Made by a program: the position numbers and the translations under genes
Shown: positions 58,949-64,000 of the stretch, piece after piece
Layout of the letters: every line of letters starts with the position of its first letter
Numbering within the stretch: position 1 is the first letter of the stretch
Notes under the pieces: model-generated
Told to the model about the DNA's origin: nothing
The model's database searches: none
Seen by the model: the letters and a program-made list of their open reading frames with translations, nothing else
Origin: Tannerellaceae bacterium
Lineage (GTDB): Bacteria; Bacteroidota; Bacteroidia; Bacteroidales; Tannerellaceae
DNA length: 64,000 bases
Direction of reading: 5' to 3'
Assembly: GCA_031280435.1 (NCBI GenBank)
Contig: JAITGS010000015.1
Location: 10,946 to 74,945, forward strand

Positions 58949-60271
58949 TTATTCCTGTTCGCTCAGGTACTTATTGATTTCATACAGCCCCAGCTTTCTG
59001 TCCCTCTCCGAGAAGGCGTCGCCGGATTCCGATTCGCCGTTCACACTTACGGGAAGTGCTTTGGAGATAGGAAAGCTATAACGATGCCCGTCTATATTGC
59101 AAAAGCAGCTTATCATTTCGATCAGCCGGATGCTCGTATATTGGTCGCCAAGCTTCATGCACTCCTCGACCAGACGGGGCGAATGAGTGTTGACTATCAC
59201 CTGCCTTATGTCGGGGTAGTCCGGATCGAAGTCGGAACTAAGCTCTTTCAGCAAGCGAACCATAGACTTGATGCGCTGCGGATGTATGCCGTTCTCAGGC
59301 TCCTCAAAGCATAGGAGGCTCGTATGCCTGTCGTCGTAGAGCAAAACGGCAAGAGCTATAAGCCGCAAGGTTCCCTCGGAGAGAACTCTGGAAGTAAATA
59401 CCTTGCCGTCGGCATTCTTGAGCGTGATGATGAACTGTCGGTTGGCTCTGTCGTCAATCACGTCTATGTCTATAAATTCGGGCAGGAACTCATTGATCTT
59501 CCTGGATATTGCGACAAGGTTATAAGGGTCCTCATGCTTTAGAATGAACAATGCGGCACCCAGGTTCTTTCCCGTGCGAGATATGACGTCGCCTGAGCCG
59601 GAGCCTTGCCGGGTAGGTTCGCGTAGATCTTCCGGATTAAATTGCAGGAACTTCCATGCGCGCATTTCTTCCCGGGCTGCGAAGATTTGAGGAAAGCCTA
59701 CGTTGTTTATGTTGCTTAGAGCGCTTTGCCGGAGCGCTATAAGTATAAGCCTTTCCTTAGGTTTTTCGTATTCGTTCGGCTCTAAAATATGGAGCCCCCC
59801 TTTGTCTGTTGTTCTTATATATGCAACATGGCTTTCGCTATTTCCCTCCGGCTTCAAATTGTCGGGATTCAACGGAATAAGCGATTCATGCGTAATGAAA
59901 ATCTCTTCCATCCCCATCTTATTTGTGCGCATAGCAAGCTTAATCTCGTATCTCATCCGTGTGTTCTCAAGCATTGCCTCACCGCCCCAGTTATCCCTGA
60001 CGGTTCCGTCGACAAGCATCTCTACGGCGAAGGACATCTCTTTGGCCGAAGTCTCGTCGTCGTACTTGGTGAAGAGCTCATATCCCTCGCCGCGCAGTCC
60101 GCCGAAGGCCGTCCTGAGCTCCATGTCCGCCAGCCGCGAAAGCAGTTGCAGAGCGTCGAACAGATTGGACTTGCCGGAACCGTTGGCGCCGGCCAGGACG
60201 GTGAAGGGAGTGAAGTCCATCGCGAAATCCTTGAAGGACTTGAAGCCGTCTATCTCAATACGGGTTATCAT
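58949..60271 (-). CDS. Second ABC-type ATPase (AAA_21-like)
   Basis: ITRIEIDGFKSF, GANGSGKSN, LSEGTLR, CFEEPENGIHP, NTHSP. Confidence 0.88.
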   Translation of the reverse strand: MITRIEIDGFKSFKDFAMDFTPFTVLAGANGSGKSNLFDALQLLSRLADMELRTAFGGLRGEGYELFTKYDDETSAKEMSFAVEMLVDGTVRDNWGGEAMLENTRMRYEIKLAMRTNKMGMEEIFITHESLIPLNPDNLKPEGNSESHVAYIRTTDKGGLHILEPNEYEKPKERLILIALRQSALSNINNVGFPQIFAAREEMRAWKFLQFNPEDLREPTRQGSGSGDVISRTGKNLGAALFILKHEDPYNLVAISRKINEFLPEFIDIDVIDDRANRQFIITLKNADGKVFTSRVLSEGTLRLIALAVLLYDDRHTSLLCFEEPENGIHPQRIKSMVRLLKELSSDFDPDYPDIRQVIVNTHSPRLVEECMKLGDQYTSIRLIEMISCFCNIDGHRYSFPISKALPVSVNGESESGDAFSERDRKLGLYEINKYLSEQE

Positions 60272-60302
60272 ATATCTTTTGCTGTACTATATATTAATGT
60301 GT

Positions 60303-61748
60303 TCAGGAACCGAATAGCTCGCGCACCTTCTCCCTGTCGTCAAAGTGATGCTTCACGCCTTTTATCTCCTGATAGTCCTCATGACCTTTGCCGGCTATGA
60401 GGACGACGTCGGAGCCGGAGGCTATGGAGTAGGCCGTCTTGATTGCTTCGCTGCGATTGGATATGCACAGGGTTTGCCGACGCTCTTCCTCGCTCAGCCC
60501 CGCATACATGTCGGCAATTATATCGTCGGGCTCCTCGAAGCGGGGATTATCCGAGGTGAGGATAAGCCGGTCGCTGATGCATATAGCTTCCTTTGCCATC
60601 AGAGGCCGCTTGCCCTTGTCGCGATTCCCTCCTGCACCGACCACGGTGATTATACGGCCTCTGTCGCCTACCACTTCGCGGATGCTGTTCAGCACGTTCG
60701 CAAGGGCGTCCGGCGTGTGAGCGTAGTCGACTATGAAGGTACAGCCGCGCGGCGACCGTATGGTCTCGAACCGCCCGGCCACCGATCGCATCGCACTCAG
60801 AGCTATCAGAGCCTCCTCGCTATCCATGCCCAAAGCCACAGCCGCACCGTAGACCGCCAGCAGATTGTAGGCGTTGAACCTGCCCACAAAGCTGACCGAC
60901 ACCTGCCGGCCGTTCACCTCCATCTCCATCCCGTCCAGATGCGACTCTATGATCCTGCCCTTGAAGTCCGCCGGCTTGCGAAGCGAGTAAGTCAGCCTGC
61001 GCGCCTTAGTGTTCTGGAGCATCACCTGCCCGTTCTTGTCGTCCGGGTTAGTCAAGGCGAAGGCCGTCGCAGGCAGATTGTCGAAGAAGCTCTTCTTGGC
61101 GGCCAGATAATTATCCACCGTGAGGTGATAGTCTAAGTGGTCGCGGGTGAGGTTGGTGAAGATGCCGCCCTCAAACTGCAGCCCGCTGATGCGCTTCTGG
61201 TCTACGGCATGCGAGCTCACCTCCATGAAGGCATACTCGCATCCGGCGTCCACCATCTCCGACAGCAAAGCCTGAAGCTCCGTCGGATCGGGGGTTGTAT
61301 GCGTTGCCGCAACGGCTCGCCCGTCTATGTAGTTGCAAACCGTCGACAGGAGTCCGGCACGGAAGCCCATGCGGCGGAACATCTCATAGAGTAGCGTGGC
61401 CGTCGTAGTCTTGCCGTTTGTCCCCGTCACTCCCACAAGCTTCAGCCTGCCCGACGGATTGCCGTACCATGCGCTCATGAGCTTCCCCAGCGCATCGGCC
61501 GAGCTCTCCGCCACTATGCAGGGGACGCCCGGATCCTCCGCGGGGAGGCGCTCGCACACAACAGCGGCTGCCCCTCGCTCTACGGCATTATATATATATG
61601 TGTGTCCGTCAACGGTCGTACCATTCACGGCAACAAACAGAGCGCCTTCCTCCACCCTTCGGGAATCTGCGCATACAAGCTTTATATCGGGGTTCCTGCT
61701 GTCGCCGTATGTGAGGCCTGCGGCCTCAATAAGTTCGTTCAGTTTCAT
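60303..61748 (-). CDS. murE: UDP-MurNAc-dipeptide--meso-DAP ligase
   Basis: [42 protein letters not shown] (mDAP specificity), AGKGHE. Confidence 0.96.
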   Translation of the reverse strand: MKLNELIEAAGLTYGDSRNPDIKLVCADSRRVEEGALFVAVNGTTVDGHTYIYNAVERGAAAVVCERLPAEDPGVPCIVAESSADALGKLMSAWYGNPSGRLKLVGVTGTNGKTTTATLLYEMFRRMGFRAGLLSTVCNYIDGRAVAATHTTPDPTELQALLSEMVDAGCEYAFMEVSSHAVDQKRISGLQFEGGIFTNLTRDHLDYHLTVDNYLAAKKSFFDNLPATAFALTNPDDKNGQVMLQNTKARRLTYSLRKPADFKGRIIESHLDGMEMEVNGRQVSVSFVGRFNAYNLLAVYGAAVALGMDSEEALIALSAMRSVAGRFETIRSPRGCTFIVDYAHTPDALANVLNSIREVVGDRGRIITVVGAGGNRDKGKRPLMAKEAICISDRLILTSDNPRFEEPDDIIADMYAGLSEEERRQTLCISNRSEAIKTAYSIASGSDVVLIAGKGHEDYQEIKGVKHHFDDREKVRELFGS

Positions 61749-61754
61749 GTTTTT

Positions 61755-63959
61755 CTATTTAAATGTGAGAGTTATTATTTGACCTTTAGCTATGCGCTGA
61801 CCCGGCTGAACCGACTGCGTCGCCACATAGCCGCGTCCGCTAAGCCTGACGCGCATCCCTAAGCTCTCCAGCAAGTAAACGGCATCCTTAGCCCCCATGC
61901 CGAGCAGCTTTGGCATCAAACCGTCGCCCATCTGCAAATCGGCAAGCCTGATTCCCTCCTCTTCGCGGGCAGCAAACGCCCAGGCCGACGCCACATCCTT
62001 GTGATCGCTGCGTATCTTCAGAGCCTTCAGAACCTCCAGCGTAGCATTAGCGTTCCCGGCCTTTACGCCCGGAAGCCTTACCGCCTGCGAGTCTACCTTC
62101 AGCTTGCGGAGATCGGCAAAGCTACGGCTGAGGTATATCCCCTCCGCAATCTCCTTCACTATACCCGCCCCGGCATCGCCACCCGAAGCCCTGCGCTTAG
62201 GCCTGCGTATAACCGTTATCACCGAATATTCCGGATTGTCCGCCGGAAAATAACCGGCAAACGATACATTCAAAACATTGCGCCTGTAAGTTCCATGTTC
62301 GCCAATCTGAGCCGAGCCGGTCTTACCCGCAATCCTTACGAGGGGCGAATAAGCAAACCTGCCGGTGCCATGTTCATCCTCAACCACACCAAGCAGCATC
62401 TTCCTCACCAACCTGAGCGTCCGGGCTGAGCAAACAGACTCGCGCATCACCTCCGGCTTATTGCTGCGTATCACCTTCCCCTCCCTCATAATCTCCTTAA
62501 CGAAGAAGGGCCGCATCATCCTCCCATCATTAGCTATGGCATTATAAAAAGTCAGCATATATATAGGAGGCATCTCCGTCTCATAACCAAAAGACATATA
62601 CGGAAGCGCCAGAGGGTACCAGTTCGTACGGTTAGGCATCCTGATAACCGGACGGCCCGCCCCGGGAATCTCCAAGCGCAGATCCTCCGTCAAGCCGAGG
62701 CGGTAAAGCCCCTCCACAAACTTCCCCGGATTGCGCTCGTAAGCCTTGATGATAACCTTGGATATACCAATATTCGACGAACGAATGATGGCCTCCTCAA
62801 CCGTAATAACTCCATTGCCCCCGCGATCCCTGTTGTGGTCCGTGATGTCGCTACCATGATACCTGAACACACCCTTGCCCGTATCAACCCAGTCGTCCGG
62901 ACTGCAAACCGTATCCTCAAGCGCAACAATCACCGACGCAACCTTAAAGATCGAACCCGGCTCAATCATATCGCGCACCGCATAATTTCTCGTCTCCGCA
63001 TAAACACCGGCAGACACCAGCCCCATGTTCGAGATAGCACGCACCTCCCCCGTCTTCACATCCATCAGCATCACAGAGCCTGCCTCCGCCTCCGTAGCAA
63101 CCATCATACGCCGCAAAGCCTTCTCAGCAATAAACTGAACATCCAGATCAATAGTTGTCCGAATATCCATGCCCCTCACAGCCTCACGAATAATGCCGTC
63201 AATCCAGCCCCCGCCAACACGCTGACGCTTCTGAAGCCCCGCTTCACCCCGCAAAAGCGAATCATACTGGAGCTCCAGCCCGGCGCTGCCCCTGGAATAA
63301 CCCGCAGTATCACGCCCCGCATAAATATCGCCAATCGTACGCTGAGCAAGGGATAAGTAAGGATTATCACGCTTAACCGTCTCCACCGCAATCAGCCCGC
63401 TCTTGAACTGTCCAAGCCTGAAAAAGGGAAAAGACTTCACCTCCTTCATGTCGAAGTACGAAACAGGACGATCCGTAATCGGAAAACTCCCATCGCGCCT
63501 CCTGAAAGCCGCCATAAGCTCCCCCCGCAGCCGGCCCTCATCCTTCCCAAACTTGCGGGACAGATAAAAAGCCAGCGAATCGACGCCGTTCCGCCGAGAC
63601 TCAGCAAGCTGCTTCTCAGTGGGAACGGCGCCCTTCGGCTTGACCAAGGGAATCTGCAAAAAAGATATAGAATCAATATCCTTTTTGCTCCTGAAGTCAA
63701 CATATAGAGAGTAGAGAGGAAAGCTGGTGGCCATAAGCCGACCGTCGGAAGCATAAATATTCCCGCGCTCCGGGTAGATAAGCGAATTAGGCAGCTTAGC
63801 CTTTTCCTTTTCGGCTATTGCCAGCCAGGCTCCTTTCTCTACATACGCAATACGCAGCATAGTAAAGACAATAAACCCGCCCAACACCAAAAGCAAAAGC
63901 ACCACAATACCGTAGCGCAACTCCGTCCATCTATTTTCCGACTGCCTCGAATGGCTCAT
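61755..63959 (-). CDS. ftsI: Class B penicillin-binding protein with C-terminal PASTA
   Basis: N-terminal TM, RGNI, EPGSIFK (SxxK), SSN, KTG, PASTA domain; first complete gene of the dcw run. Confidence 0.92.
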   Translation of the reverse strand: MSHSRQSENRWTELRYGIVVLLLLVLGGFIVFTMLRIAYVEKGAWLAIAEKEKAKLPNSLIYPERGNIYASDGRLMATSFPLYSLYVDFRSKKDIDSISFLQIPLVKPKGAVPTEKQLAESRRNGVDSLAFYLSRKFGKDEGRLRGELMAAFRRRDGSFPITDRPVSYFDMKEVKSFPFFRLGQFKSGLIAVETVKRDNPYLSLAQRTIGDIYAGRDTAGYSRGSAGLELQYDSLLRGEAGLQKRQRVGGGWIDGIIREAVRGMDIRTTIDLDVQFIAEKALRRMMVATEAEAGSVMLMDVKTGEVRAISNMGLVSAGVYAETRNYAVRDMIEPGSIFKVASVIVALEDTVCSPDDWVDTGKGVFRYHGSDITDHNRDRGGNGVITVEEAIIRSSNIGISKVIIKAYERNPGKFVEGLYRLGLTEDLRLEIPGAGRPVIRMPNRTNWYPLALPYMSFGYETEMPPIYMLTFYNAIANDGRMMRPFFVKEIMREGKVIRSNKPEVMRESVCSARTLRLVRKMLLGVVEDEHGTGRFAYSPLVRIAGKTGSAQIGEHGTYRRNVLNVSFAGYFPADNPEYSVITVIRRPKRRASGGDAGAGIVKEIAEGIYLSRSFADLRKLKVDSQAVRLPGVKAGNANATLEVLKALKIRSDHKDVASAWAFAAREEEGIRLADLQMGDGLMPKLLGMGAKDAVYLLESLGMRVRLSGRGYVATQSVQPGQRIAKGQIITLTFK

Positions 63960-63980
63960 GACCTGTTCTTTTTTCTTTTG

Positions 63981-64000
63981 TTACTTATATAATATGTAAG
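63981..64000 (-). CDS. Probable 3' end of an FtsL-like gene (partial)
   Basis: Minus strand ends ..YILYK* 21 bp upstream of ftsI, the position expected for ftsL. Only 20 bp visible. Confidence 0.3.

Noticed and set aside
56300-60302. Loss of murF by replacement with the ATPase cassette
   Set aside because: In Bacteroidales murF is generally located outside the dcw cluster, so its absence here is not evidence of loss.
1-64000. tRNA/rRNA genes, prophage, integrase or transposase genes
   Set aside because: None recognised. Any enzymes acting on the repeats must be encoded elsewhere.

Overview
Bacteroidales chromosomal segment. The evidence is SusC/SusD genes, TAnnTTTG promoter boxes and a Bacteroidetes-type FtsZ tail; gene order resembles Tannerellaceae/Parabacteroides, which is an inference. 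In order it holds: a truncated SusC, a GH2 beta-galactosidase, a beta-helix lipoprotein, a paaK/ACT/symporter cluster, purN and acpP-fabF-rnc, a probable beta-mannan/glucomannan PUL (SusC/D, GH9, AGE epimerase, unknown protein, GH26, GH30-like, acetylesterase, LytS/LytTR), assorted housekeeping genes and the dcw cluster. Five unusual points. (1) Eight intergenic tandem arrays all have a 41-42 bp period (about four helical turns), mostly lie 6-9 kb apart, and several drift in sequence unit by unit while keeping register. (2) Strand composition swings between G/T-rich and C/A-rich at kb scale regardless of gene orientation, and often flips near these elements. (3) A second FtsZ with only the N-terminal domain and a degenerate T7 loop lies between ftsA and ftsZ. 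(4) MurG and MurC are fused. (5) A PARIS-like ATPase/DUF4435 cassette is inserted between murE and mraY. All calls come from manual reading; no database searches were run.
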